Numbered from the stretch's first letter, positions 1 through 13,824 are shown. The stretch: DNA of 64,000 nucleotides from Paraphysomonas bandaiensis (GCA_965644295.1 CBFFRP010000182.1:1-64000); one strand, 5' to 3'. Notes: a model not told the origin generated them from the letters alone. Translations and numbers: made by a program.

Positions 1-1642
1 ATACGTATAGCATTCCCGAATCTGACCCAGTAACAACAATCTCTCCGACATTGCAGACGCACCACAACGATTCTTCACGATACGCAGAGCCAAATAACCT
101 CGATATCGAGTGTACCACTCCGACATATTCTGGCTCCAGAAGATGATGTGGTCCTTGCCACGCAGGCCAAGAGGTGTTACTGAGGAAATGCACATCATAC
201 GCAGGATCCATGGAGGTGCGGGCAGACCAGAGGCGCTCCCCTCTCTTCCAGTCGTAAACGGCGAGGCAGTAGTAGCTATCCATGCCCAGTGTGACTAGCT
301 TCCGTAGTCTGGAGAAAAGTCTAATTGCACAATGCCGTTTCTGTGAAATCCTTGCATCGCCGAAAGTACTTTTTTCGATTCACAATCCCAAGCGGCTAGA
401 ACCAGAGGGCGCTGTCCGCACTCTCCTGTGGCCACAATTGTCTCACCCTTATCCTTCACATAAAGCTTCAAGCACATTACGAGGTCGTTGTGGCAAGTGA
501 AATGTGACTGCAGGTATGTGCCACATCATGTATGACCACAACTGCACCAGCCGGGTAAACCAACGAACCACGCACTATAGTACACATAACCGTAGGCCAA
601 AGGCATTGTACCCATATACCCAATCAAGAACAACGTTATGAGCAGGGTCTCCCGAGAAAGGTTCGTTGACACGTGCAGGAGCAAGAAAAGGTAATGAATT
701 TTCCCAGTTCTTCTTCGGCATGAAATTCCTAGCAAAGCCTCTCTTCTCCCATAAAACGACCTCTCCCTCCAAATGATAGGATTCATTAGCGCTTGTTGCG
801 TTTCTCCACGCACGAAATGTGAGTCTTGGTCTTTGTTGCGAGTCTTACGTGTGACCGCGGTAAGCTCCTTTTCATACTCTTCCAGATCATCAAAATATTC
901 AATCCAAGACATTATCTCTGGAGTATCAAACAAAATTTAAGAAACGCATCCTTCTCTTGATATGTTAGGCCAGTGGTATCTTCAACCTTTCCGTCATTGC
1001 TCTTTTCTTGGGTTGTCTTCCGTGACATCTCATACCCCTGAACGACAATACTCTCAACATCCGCTTCTGTGGGTGGATCAACCCGACTAAGCTTTGACAA
1101 CCCTGAAAGATTGATCAATGCCAAAATCATCTCATCTAACGTCAATATGAGCTTTCATCAAAGTCGTACATAGCGAATATAACTAAAGAGATATCTTAGA
1201 CAATAGTATTGTGTGTTGTTGATATTCTTACATGCGATTTTCTCCTCGGGAGTCATACCAGATAATAGAGCAAACGAAGACAAAAATTCCAGCGAATCCA
1301 CCAAATTATTCTAAACTGATGAGATTGATATTATGAGCAATAGATGCGAACTTACTTCATCGTCATCAAAGATACGAAATACTTTTTCAGTGTCTGTGTT
1401 GAGCACTCTTTCCGTGACACCAAGATACTCCATTAAAGCTGATTTCAAAATCTCTTGAAATTCTTCAATAGTGAGGCCAAAACCTTCGGCAATATCGTTA
1501 AAGCTTCCCACAAATCGTACACGCAGCTTCGAGGAACTAATGAAAAAATTAGTTTGCAGATCACTAGACATGCACCAAACTTACGATTCAGAAACCGCTT
1601 GCACCCCTGGGGCAATGGGGCTCTCCCTAATGTCTGGCCCAT
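1..1642 (-). CDS. EML/EMAP-like protein (N-terminal EF-hands, HELP motif, WD40 repeats); multi-exon, runs off the window
   Basis: Starts MGQTLG at 1642. EF-hand-like segments (FRIFDDDE, YDFDES). HELP-like 'LDWVYGYN' followed by WD40 segments (VATGE, QGFHRNGIVQLDFSPD). GT-AG introns; frameshifts near 770 and 925. Confidence 0.75.
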
Positions 1643-3932
1643 CTTAAACAGACCCACTAAGGTACAAGATGTTCCTTTCTATTGAATATAAAATTTGGCT
1701 ATGGAAATATCAGTCAAAACAGAGTGTGTATGTATGCTCCGCACCACAATAATCTTTGCCCAAAAAATGGAAACAGCTGATTTCAGTTTTATCTTATTCT
1801 TATTCAAACTAAATTCAAAGATATCAGGGTATATGTATATGTACAGTACACCATGTATTATATATTACGTCGTATAGTACCAAGTGTGGAGTATGAAAAC
1901 CAGCATTTTTTGGAATTTCGGAATTGTATAAAACTTGCTCAAAAAGTAGCTTTTGCTTAAAAACACTGGTTATTAATTTCCGTTACCTAGAAACAGCAGT
2001 ATGTCTTGCGAACGCGTCCAGGATTGTCCACGACTTGATACAATCGAAACAAGTGATGACAGGTTAGCATTAATGTATACAGGACAAGGACGTAAACAGC
2101 GTAAACTGATATTACCGAGTATTATTCGCTGCTGTGTCAATAGTCCAGTACTTCCTTGGAAACGAAGAGTGAGAGAGAACTGATTTAGAGAACCATATAG
2201 AAATGAAAAAGATTATTTAAACCCTGGAAAGAATGTGACATTTTCTGTTTAGAATTTCAAATCTGCTTTGCGATTGGGCATGAGTGTGACTGTCCGGTCA
2301 TGAACTAAATCAGCTACCTGGCCACCGAAAGTTAATCTGCATGTAATGCTTCGACTGCAATAGGAATAAGAGACACCACTTGTAAAAGTGGCATTGGTGA
2401 ACTCATTTTTTGTAGACTTCAAGTGCGTACCGCACCTGTATATGATATATGATACTCACATCTGTTCTGTTGCTGGATAGCTCTGACAAAACATAGTACA
2501 GTGAATTTAATTCCTCTGATACTTTAACTTTACCTTCTCCAATAGCATTACTTTTATCTCTTAGTAAGGTAGAACTAGTTTTTCTTTCATACCAAACATG
2601 TTCATAATATCCATTATATGCGAAGGATTCATTGTGTTAATAATTATTTAATATACATTAGGAATAATAATAATATACACATTAACCAATAAAAACTATT
2701 CATGAAACTTACACACATGCCCCTTTCGCCTGTCTGTGTGTGACTTCTTGATTAATACAATTTGCTTTAAACAGTAGAAGAGATATTGAATTTGTTTCTA
2801 GATTTTTATCATGGAAACTAGTAAACATGGATATGTAATGAGTTTACAATTTTCAAAACTGCTTTGTTGTAAGAAATGAACCGAAGGCAGAACATTACAG
2901 AGTTTATATGTTGGTCGTAAATTAAATTGACTGGGAAGGATGTTGGAACTATTTAGGATAATTTCTGACCTACTGTGTATTATAGTTAATAATAATTTGC
3001 TTGTGGTACAAGCAATTATAAAACAATCAATATAACATAATACTACTAACAACTTAAATTATATAAGATAGAACTTAAATATTTTATACAATAGTTCAAA
3101 TCATACCCCTCATTTAACCTGTTTCGCCCGTTGGTCATCGCCTTCCTCCAACTTATCATGAAGCACTACTTCAAACGCATTACTAAATGGGTACAGGTGA
3201 CGTTTGTTTTATAAAAGTCGTAGCTATATCTATAAATCTTAGTATATGTAAATGATCCATTGCCATTGGTTGTGGTATATATGAAAACTCTAGCAGAGAA
3301 TATTGGAATGGGACCATCCAGATTCTCAAGTATCTCATGGCCGCGACATTAGTATTGCATATGCTGTTGACTTTCGAAATCTATTCATACCCATAATAAC
3401 TACTTAATTGCCTATTTAATCGCATATATAATTACTCAGCGGGAATGTATAAACACTTAGGCCTCTACACATCTGGTACACATAGTATGCGTGTAGCAAG
3501 AACAAAATAGGCAGAGAGCTGAGCAGAATATAGAATATAACACCGGCAAGTTATACACTCCTATGTCATCGTCACTACGGAGCTGTCCATACGATACCTA
3601 GTATTTACTATTTACCCTTGCACAGCAAAATTGTCTTTCAGATAACAACAGAGGAATGTTACGACGAATATGATAAGTCACATTATATTAGGTCAGTTGT
3701 AGATCGAATACATTCTACACGTTTTAAGTAGGCGTTCTGATCCCGATAAAGATGACCCTTAATACACTGCTATTAGTAACAGCGAGAGATATTAGCAGAA
3801 ACAAGAAATATTATAATTATTACGGTGTTGAAAATTACCAACACTTCATGAGTAATATATAGCATGATTCCAGACGCAACATAAAATAATCAACCACTCG
3901 GCTTTATACATTCTTGCAGTTCAGGCCAAAAT

Positions 3933-5340
3933 TTATGATCGTAATGGTGAACACACACACTGAATGCCATCAATAATATCAATGACAGTGAGATTTCTCA
4001 ACGGGTCTCGACTATATACAATTGGCTGTATTTTATCAATCATATATGTTAAGCACTGTATACAGAGTTTTAAGGACGGAAGACTACTAGCGACTATACA
4101 ATTTATTGATATAGATTTGGTTGACGGCAACCGAGACTCGGTGGAGAGTGTCTTTTTCCCAAGACTGCTAGTGAAGACCTAATACGCATGCTATAATTCA
4201 TCTGTATCTCATATGAAAGACAATTGCACCTGAAAAATATTTTTATCGCTAAGTCGTCGGGCCAGCTCATTGGAATACTGATAAACTAGAGCAGGTATTT
4301 CAAACTCGCATGCAGAGTAATAGAGCTCGATCAGCAAATCCATTTGCAAATGAGGGAGGGCGTTGCCACATATATACTCATCCACAATGAGAAAAGAGCT
4401 ATATTCAACAATCAGCAAGTAAATCCAAATATATCAGTAGTAACCTCTTGCCACATCATGTAAGATCCTGGTAGTGTCACAATACCAGTTTCCTTACTTG
4501 AGGGAAGCAGAATCTAGAGTGATTCATTACCCTGTAAACCAATTACGTTATTAACACCTGAATGCGGCCTACACATTACCTTCATGATACATGCCAACTT
4601 CTTGCTTTGAATTTCTACAGATAAAATATTCGGACACTGCATTTTAATAATATTCCCAGTCGTGATATCTTTTACTTGAACTGTAGTAGGGCCCCTCATT
4701 CTTTCAGCAGCAGTTCGAGAGTCTTTGGGCTCAACCTGTCCACTGTGAACATTTTTCAGAATCGCTCTTCACACGTGCATATCCTTCTCGCAGAAAGTGA
4801 AGTAGTATACTCAATGAGACTTCATCTCTGGGCCTGATTCGTCAACATAAACCTCCGAAAGTAGCATACGAAACAGTGTTCTGTTTGTATCATCAGCTGT
4901 GGCCGGTCTACCGTGAATGCTATCATGATCCTCCACATTTTGCAGTAACCTATGTGCAATTGAGAAAAAAAAAGTAGCTTTAGAGATTCACCTGGAAATC
5001 GGTCATTTCTTGCGGAGAGATACATTAAGCCTGTGAGAATATTAGACCGCAGACGGGTACTCCGAGTGTGTAAAGGGCCAAACAAGCTTTACTATATAGT
5101 CCATCTGTAGGGGTCGCCAATACTGTGGCAATCCTCTGAAGCATACCAGAGCACCATTCACGAATCCACCTTTCGGGGAAGATATGGCTTCGGCTAATAC
5201 CGCTGTAGACATGATGACTTTTCAACTCAACCGGTTGGCGTGATGAGATTGGGAAACCACAAGACACAAGCTCCAGGACAGGAACAAGTCCCTTGGTAGA
5301 GCAATGACAAGAATATCAAGAAATAGAAAGCAGTGCTTTA
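3933..5340 (-). pseudogene. Degraded BTB/BACK-like coding remnant
   Basis: ORF 4209-4418 (LLIELYYSACEFEIPALVYQYSNELARRLSDKNIF) resembles a BTB-BACK junction. Surrounding frames have many stops. Confidence 0.35.
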
Positions 5341-5401
5341 CCTGCTCTAAAATTGAGCTGTACCAAATATTCGTTACGTTCTTCTCATACAAAATTTATC
5401 A

Positions 5402-7080
5402 CTAGTTCCATGCATTAGCACCTAACAAATTATCAATAGCAACTCTGTTGAGAAACGTTTTACCAACCTCATGAGCAAGATGGCGGACAGTGTCACTGTA
5501 GTGAACTAAGCACCAACACACTTGGCGCAGTTGGCCATTTCTACATAGCTCAATCGCGGTTGCTATCGCATCCGACTCAACTGACTTACTTCCTCTACTT
5601 TGCGGAGAGTCCCTTCCCTTCTTGGAATGTAACGATTTTGACATAATTTTCCCAACAGGCTTGCGATTGCTGGGTGTCAGGTCCGGTTGGTCAACCGTCG
5701 CACAGTAGAAGACTGATGTGATTTCGAAGTGGAATGCGTTTTTGAATTCGTATTCGAGGTAGGCCTTTTCAGATTGTGCAGAATAACAGACAGTGAAATG
5801 GCTTGCAGATCGAATTCGGAACTGTAGTAATATCCAACGCTTTCGAAAAAGAAGTCGAAGTCCATAGCTACAATATCCTAAACTAGCGTGAAAATCAAGA
5901 AATTAAAGCACAATTGGGGCGACAACATTATATTTTAATATATTGAGTGCGCCGTATTTCGTGAAAACAATACTGATTCAAGCATCCCAAAACTACTCGA
6001 CAAGCAAGTTGGCTCATGGTCAGACCAGTGGTCGATCAGGGCTCTTGACTCTCCACTAACTTGATTTACATTTTCACTATCTGATTGATCTGAATCAGAG
6101 CTTTGATCAAAGTCTCTATCCTCCTCTTCACAATGAATGCCGGTATTCGAGCCTTCACGCATGTGCAAATGGGACGCCAGCGGATGACTCCATTTAGGTT
6201 TACTTTACATATCTCAACCACAGATGCTTCATCATTCTGCAACCATAACAATATCAGAGCACACACATAAGAAATCATTGATAAGTACTTTCAAAATTCC
6301 TTCCAAGGTAAGTAATGCAGATTCCACTGCATGAATTGCAGTAACACTGACACACTGCTTCCATTTCAACATTGCAATGAAATCATTGAAAGTTCGAGAG
6401 ACAATATTCAGAAGGGAATTCTGTGTGGCCATAGATAAGCAACCTGCATTTGCAAAAAGTCTAACTGCAGCCACTCAACAGTTGCGAGTCTTTCATATCG
6501 TACAGATAATAACTTCGGAAGAAATCTATTGGTTACACTACGCACTGCATCTTGGGTAAAATACGATTGAATCAAATCTAGTTCATCACTTTCGAGTTGG
6601 GAATGATCAGCATTAGCGGCCAAAAAGATAAGTAAATAATACGATTCATACGTAAAGTCTATTTTGGCAATATCAAATTCAAACAGACCACGTCCAACCA
6701 CGTGTGGCTGGAGCCGTACTGTGTAATACCCGTTCCACAGTATTCTTGAAGGCATGGAGGTATACATCTTTCTTTTGGACCAATTCATTGCTACGAGCAA
6801 TGGATATACAACCCAGAAGGTCCATTGATATCAAGAAGTAGGAGGAAACAGTGGAGTAATATTACGAATTCATAGCGAATGCCAAGCTGTCCATTTCGAG
6901 GCAGATAATAATCAAGTAAGGAGTATGAGTGTGCAACAGAATCAATTCGCCTTAATGTCTTGTAAAACACCCTTCGGAACTTATTGATTCGTGAAAGTGA
7001 AGAGAAAGGAAATAGGAGAGGTGACAGAAGAGTGTTGTAGCGTTAACTCGAACTCTGGAAGTGCAGTTATATTTTCATAA
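5402..7080 (-). CDS. Hypothetical helical-repeat protein, broken by frameshifts
   Basis: Chain of overlapping protein-like minus-strand ORFs (6408-6800, 6232-6474, 5935-6168, 5677-5865, 5402-5644), divergent from U1-C. Confidence 0.4.
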
Positions 7081-7379
7081 TTTTCGTTTATGGAAAAGTA
7101 GGATATTCGTATTAGTAGGAATTCCTACACATATTCGATATGGAAAAGCATGTAGGTTGCTGAAAATATATGAAATATAGAATTCCTTCACTGAAAAATA
7201 CCGTACCTGCAAGTTTGCTGTATGATATACCGTGCAATGTATACCGGTATACCTTATGTAGTATACGGCAAAATGCTGGCAACTGCATTGAGGATTGGAG
7301 GTGCTTCGCCATGTTGCCCTGTAATCCCTTTAAGTTTATCTCGTAGTGCTCCTATCTGACACAGTTAATTGAAACTAAA

Positions 7380-7857
7380 ATGCCCAGGTTTTTTTTTGTG
7401 ATTATTGTGATGCGGTATGGATGCATTTTATGAGCGATTGATGCTGGACTAACCTTTATGTATATTAATTAGTATCTCACTCACGACTCAGCTCCTGGAA
7501 GACAACAGCACATCAGAGGTTTGTTTTTATTTAAACTCCCTCATTTCTGAACCTTATGTGTTTTATATGCACTCTACTGTACAGGATGGAAACACAGAGA
7601 AAACTTGCAAAAGACACTACATGGCTTTTTACCCGCACTTCGTAGCTCGTCAGCAACTGCAACAACAGATGCCAGGCATGATGGGGCAGTATCCTATGCT
7701 ACCACCTCAAATGTTTGGGAAATCCTCCTCCTGGATTTCCTGGTGCTGCTGGAGCCCCTCCTCTGCCGTTTAGACCTCCTCCAGGCGCACCACCGATGGG
7801 GTTTCCTCCGCCCAACAGTATCCTAACCAGCAAACGCAGTCATCTCCAGCAAAATAA
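7380..7857 (+). CDS. SNRPC: U1 snRNP protein C
   Basis: Spliced, frameshift-corrected translation MPRFFCDYCDA|YLTHDSAPGRQQHIRG|WKHREN is the U1-C zinc finger, followed by a Pro/Met/Gly-rich tail. Two GT-AG introns. Not in the ORF track. Confidence 0.9.
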
Positions 7858-8834
7858 CACGGCACAGCAGAGCAGAAGGACACGTCTCCCAATCTTAGTT
7901 ATTGCCACATTGCGTGTCAGGAATTTCGTTTATATGAGAATTTGTTGTGGAGTGTTCCAACTCGAGTGAATCTGATAACTGACTGCACATAGGGCTATAC
8001 GTATTTTGATTTCGTAACAATGATGTATATATTATTGAATGTAGCCATTATTGTTAATTGATTCAGTCAATTTTAGTTAAGAAACGTAGTCATAAATTAT
8101 GCTCACATGTAGCTACGCGTTTTAGACTTTTTAGACAGAGACGTTCTATCAATGCACCATCGTGTTCAGGTGGGGCACGCAGCAATTAAGAAAAAGGGAG
8201 ACAGAGAAGTGAAGAGATGCACTGACATGGGATACTTCTCAACAAAGCGTCTTGTCTGCAGCCTAACTCTGATATCCTACTATTTGTCGAGGGCATGCGC
8301 ATCAATTCTAGTGGCGCAGGTTGCAGGTTGTGAGTCGCTAATAATCGTTGCAGAATTAGGATTTGACACTGCCCGCGATTTCGGTTATTGCAATTGATAA
8401 AGCAATTGACGATTAATTGAAGATGAATTATCTGATACAGCCCTGCTATTTATCTCTACTTATCGATTACAGGCCTTTTGTTCCTTGCGCTTTCAATAGA
8501 CTTCTGTCTTCTGTGGAATGCAAGTACGGTTGAAGATGCTATTCGTGCTTGTAGTGAGTAACTAATTTAATTAGACAACAATTGGCAGGTGGGTTGCAAT
8601 AATTGTAAATATAACTTGCGCGAGCTATAACTAATAATTACAATGTAATTGCAATTAGTTGTTACGCAGCCCTGCTATTTAACGGAGCTTTAATAAAATA
8701 GACTACTTAGGATAGTCGAAAATACTTCATAAACTCTTCATGAATCCGCCAATACTTTGTTAACACTTTCTGTAAATGAACGGAGTGAAGAGAAGATATA
8801 CTTTCCATACAAAATAATATATATACTTCCTACA

Positions 8835-11229
8835 TTATAGCACACTTTTCTGACCCACTTCTAACAGACTTCCCATCAGTGGCAGACATTAATTGTCCCC
8901 TCCAATTCTATATTTCTCATTCTCCAGTACTGATACAGTTGCGTCGTGATCTTTTGAGAGGATATCCCTCTTCTTGAAGTTCTGTTCACGGAGCTCCTGC
9001 ATTTCCCGCTGTGCCTCCACTCTCAGCATTTCCACATTGCGTAAATGTGCTGCCTTCAAAGAGCAAGCTCAATTCCGACATTTGCTCTTGTTTCCTCCTG
9101 ATTTAGTAGCCGCATCAAGAGCGAGCTCTTCAGCAAGCAAAGAGTGACATTGTTTAGCGTAGGTCTCCCGAGAACCACTTGTGTCCTTCCCTCTCTTCTC
9201 CCCAAAAGATTCGAACTTGTAAAGCATTGGTTTGTTCTTCCCGCTGCTGTCTAGAGATCTGAGAGCTTCAGCTTTGTGCGACTTGGATGCGCTGCTGAGA
9301 CCATTAGTTTCAAGTGTGTCATTTCCGCCTTCTGCGTTCAGTTTGACCGAAAGGCACGATTCCACGGCACCAACAAGACTCTAAGATATCAAGTCACAAA
9401 GACAAACAGACGACACAAAAGAGACCTAATATTCAATAACGTACCTCCCTGCTCACTTCGTTTCTCCTCTGTTTTGTGTGCCGATGGCCGTGCGGCACCT
9501 AGAGGCTGGAGGTCAAGGCACGATAAGTCTCTGCCTGAGACTCTTTGTCCCTGTGGCAATTGCCATGTCAAGTTCAGCATCCTCACGTCTGCCTGCAACT
9601 GTTAGTAATCTCAATGGCATATTCAGGCCACGCCTTCAACTGTGCAAAATTGTATTTGGGAGGATGACTTTCTTTCTGGAAGTACCTCTGCTTGTTGAGT
9701 GTCAAAGGAATGTCCCCCGCTCTGTTCCATGTGTTGAGGGCTTCCTCTGGAGGAGACGATGCCCATGAGAAAGCCATGAGAAAATTTTGGACTTCAATGA
9801 GTATTCAGTTCCTCCTCAAACACAACTTCTCGTATAGAAAGAGCAGTAGATCCGTCGAGACTCGCTGGGAACATGCAGTGCGCTTGTAAGTATCTCTAGT
9901 GATGTTGACAGGGACATGTAAGATGTGACCGTCTTTTCGATTGGGCACTCTTCAGTGACAAGAACCGTGTTTTAAGCATTCGCTCCGTCATTTCTCGAGA
10001 ACAGCTCTCCTACTGTCCGAAGATCTTTGCTTCAGTATCTAGTCTCTGGATAAGGCTTGTGTGAGATTGTAGATATCTTATCAGTACTTTACGGCATTGA
10101 GCTGTAGGAAGTGGTGCATCTTGCCCTCAGTAGCTGAGAAAATGTCTTCGCTAATTTTGTTCATGTAGTCAGTTTACGAGAACGTGCAGCAGTCATTATT
10201 CCACGTTGCCACTTGCTGTGGCATGAATCGATATAGCCTTTGCACGATAAACAAGCAATGCCTGGAGACTAAGTGGCAAAGAACTGTGTGAGTCTTGTTC
10301 ACACTTTTAATAAAGGTTTCGATATGTTCTTGCTCAAAGTCAAGTAAATGCCTCTCTGCCAACTGAAGTTTGATACCAGCATCTACTACTGCAGAGGTGC
10401 CCGCTCGATCAGTAATAAATGACGCCAGACACTTGCATAAAATAGAGCTTAGTTTCAAACAATCCAAGCGAATCAGAGGTGTGAGGTTCATCCTGCATAC
10501 AAACCCTTAAGCGTACCAAAAAGTGACATTAAGCAAAATACTGTACAGGAGCGATATTACGATATCCGTATACCTTGTCATTAGCGCCTCACTAGATAAA
10601 CCAGAGCCTACAGTTGACTCATCGCAGATAAACTCTTTCGTAGGGAAAAGAGACTCGATAGCACTCCTTATCACATTGGCGCAATGCATCTTCACTGGAA
10701 GCCGCTTTCGGGTTTTTAGTAGACCATCAATAAACTTTTTTGAGTCTTTGTGGCTTACTTCAGAATTATGTCCGTGCAACACCAGCGGCGGGAAAGAAAC
10801 TGAGGTTCTTCAGTTTAAGGAAATCACCATCAAAAAGTTTCAATATCGCTGTTAAGAAACTGAATTGCTCCATCACTTCGTCAATACTGCTTCCGCATAT
10901 TTCGACAATTACAACTGATGACATTGCAATTAAATTTAAAATTAGCCACGCAACACGTGACTCGATGCTTGTTCTTATGACAGCTGCTGTCAAATCAAGC
11001 ATCATTACATCACCGGATGAAACAGTAGCAGTGTGTACGCAAATTCCATCATCATGTCGAGAAGATCTAATCCAGGAGCATACAATCACCTGTAGGAAGT
11101 TCATAATAGAGCATCAGCGGATGAAAGCAAGTAAACGAACCTCGTCTGTTTCCAAATTAGCTATACCCACACTCCTTCTTCACTTAGCTTCAGGGTGCCA
11201 TCTTCATCTATTGACACAATTCTTGTCAT
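8835..11229 (-). CDS. Hypothetical protein with a degenerate GBP/atlastin-like N-terminus and a C-terminal coiled coil; frameshifted
   Basis: IVSIDEDGTLKLSEEG, DGICVH, SSVVIVEICGSSIDEVMEQFSFL and NVIRSAIESLFP resemble GBP N-domain blocks. E/K/R-rich coiled coil at 8900-9150. Confidence 0.4.
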
Positions 11230-11684
11230 CACACACACTGTTGAAACCTCAGTATCAATTCACAAATAAGGTCGTGCTATGCTACACTGACACTGTGCGT
11301 GGAAACTTACTTACTTCACTCTTTATTGTATGACATGGAAATACCCCTGTATACCCCGGTTATACCTCCGAGTGTGAAAATATCTATCAAAAAACCACCA
11401 ATTTTGTTGGAAACTCCTACTTTTGTTGGAATATGGTGTTATTGGAAAAAAGGGCTGTTGAATGGTCTATACATATTCGTATAAACGTACAGTGCCAATA
11501 TACAGTACAATTTTCACTGATTTTCATAGAAAAGATCCAGGTTTTCAGGTACACCCCACATCACATGTACACCACCTCAACAATGGCTGTACCACACACC
11601 TTAGAGATCTCACAGTCCACGCATTATGGATTATAAAGAGTGCTCTCTTGTTAAACCCTTAAGTATCTGCTGCTATTACTTACA

Positions 11685-13824
11685 ATGAGCTGCAATCGAA
11701 AGCGAAAAAATAGAAGCAGTGAAGATGCGATTACAAGTTTTGGTCCCTGTGAAGCAGACGTCGACAATGAAAAAGTTTTCTCATTTTGTAGAAGGGAAGT
11801 TTCCTTCGATATCCAAAAGGAGCTTCGTGATACGTTTTGGAAGAAAGAGGTGTTTATCAATGGGTCATGCGTTGATGGAGTTGAAGATTTCGACCAAACG
11901 ATTGAAGAAAGGCGACACCGTCAAAGTCGTCCGTGATATACTTCACCTAAAGAGGAGACAAAATCGATGAAATTAAAGTTGATATCGTCTATCAGAATAG
12001 CTGCTTTGTAGTGACATTTAAGGCTGCGGGTGTAAATGCAGCAGATGGTAAACTGTATGATGAAGCAGTGAAGAATGCTGCCTTTAAAGACAGCACTAAC
12101 GAACCCTATTTTTTGTATCGATTTCAGAAAAATCTATCCGGGTTATATGTAATCGCGAAAAATAGCTGTTCTGCTTATGCAATGCGCGCTATGCTATGTA
12201 CTGGTGATTTGAAACTGTCATTAGTATGTCTTGTAGCTGGTTATGTTGGGGCAGAGGAGATCAGTGTTTTATTCCAGCTGCAACCGATATATCCCAGAAA
12301 AAAATGCAGTGGATACAGCTAGACTGTCTGTGAAGGTCCTCAGAACATGCCGATGTCGCACCACGGGATACTTGTCTCTTATTCACAGTACACCTGAATT
12401 TCACACTACTCCCATGGGATTTTCTCCATCATCTGAAACACTCTATGCACACGACATGTAATCCATTTGATCCCCACTGCGCCACTGAACACAGCGCCGC
12501 TTATTACCCTTCCTCTGTTCTCAAAGCCATCCCGGGGATTTTGCGTGCCGCTGGACACCCCATTGCAGGTGGTGAGGATGGAATTGTCAAGAAGGCCAAG
12601 GACTGTACCTTGCACTTACAGAGGTGCATATACGTGGCAGGTCCTTAAGGAGGGAACAGTCATTACTGGCGGAGGATCTTTCATCGCCTTGCCCATGCAA
12701 TAGCCTCTATGTTACCACCACTAACTGCAATACAAGTGGTAGTGCTGCGATATCTGGCAGAAATTTCGTCCCACGTTTTTGAGGAGTGGTGTAATGATTC
12801 AGGCCTCACAGTCAACATTCCCATTCCAGACAAGATAACGAAGCTGATGGACAAAGGAAGAGGTGTATACGACGCAGCTGTGTCTAGAGACGTTAAAATT
12901 ATAGAATCCTGGCAGGAGGTATTAGGTAGGGAAACGAGCCAGCAAGATTCAGATGAAATGCAGAGGGCTGTCAGAGAGGGAGTGCCAGTGGAATATATAC
13001 TAGGTGAAGCGACTTTTTGTGGTGCGCAATTTAGGGTGTCTAAAGACGTTATGATTCCGCGTCGATCATCGGAGGCAGTTGTGACGGCAGCCTATAGGAG
13101 TGTGCAAAGCAACTCTACTCGTCACATATCAGTGATGCTACTGGGGAATTAGCAACTTCTCAACGCCAAATTAGAGTATTGGATATTGGGACTGGAAGTG
13201 GCTGTTTGTTGCTGGCATGTATTCGAGCACTGAAGTCAAGTGGTGTTGTGTGTTCGGGTGTGGGGATTGATATTTGCCCGAATGCGCTTGCCATTGCTGG
13301 GGAAAATTCAGAGCGATTGGGATTAGGTTGTGATACAGAGTTTTTGGAGATGAGTTTCACTGATTTATCTGACCTTGTGTCTCGGACTGGTGGTAAGAGC
13401 TTCGATATTATCGTTTGCAATCCACCGTATTCATCACCCAGTGAAAATAGATTATCTAACTCCCGACAACTGCATGAACCTGCACTTGCGTTGTTTGGAG
13501 AGCGTATGCCGGCTACACTGTCCTGCATCTGATGTCGCTTCGAAAGAGTCTGCAAATGGCGACCCGTTTCGCGCATTTACTATAATTGCTAAAGCTCTGA
13601 CCCAGGCCTATTCGTCTACTCCTCCGTCTAATGATGCATTGGACTCGGTGCCGTTATTATGTATAGATGGGTTTCTGTGCATGGAGTTTGGGCACGGTCA
13701 GCTTAATAGAGTTAGAGAAATATTTGATAGTGTCGGTGGATTTCAATATGTTCGCTCTGTCAGTGATTATAACCACTTACAGAGATGCTTAATTCTGAGA
13801 AATAAATCCATCTCTGAGACCTAA
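11685..13824 (+). CDS. HemK/PrmC-family N5-glutamine methyltransferase with an N-terminal S4 plus RluA-like pseudouridine-synthase fold; frameshifted
   Basis: HemK motifs GVPVEYILGEATFCG, DVMIPRRSSE, LDIGTGSGCL, NPPY, HEPALAL, MEFGHGQ. Upstream RluA-like motifs DIVYQNSCFVVTFKAAGV, YRFQKNLSGLYVIAK, GHPIAGG. Confidence 0.8.
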
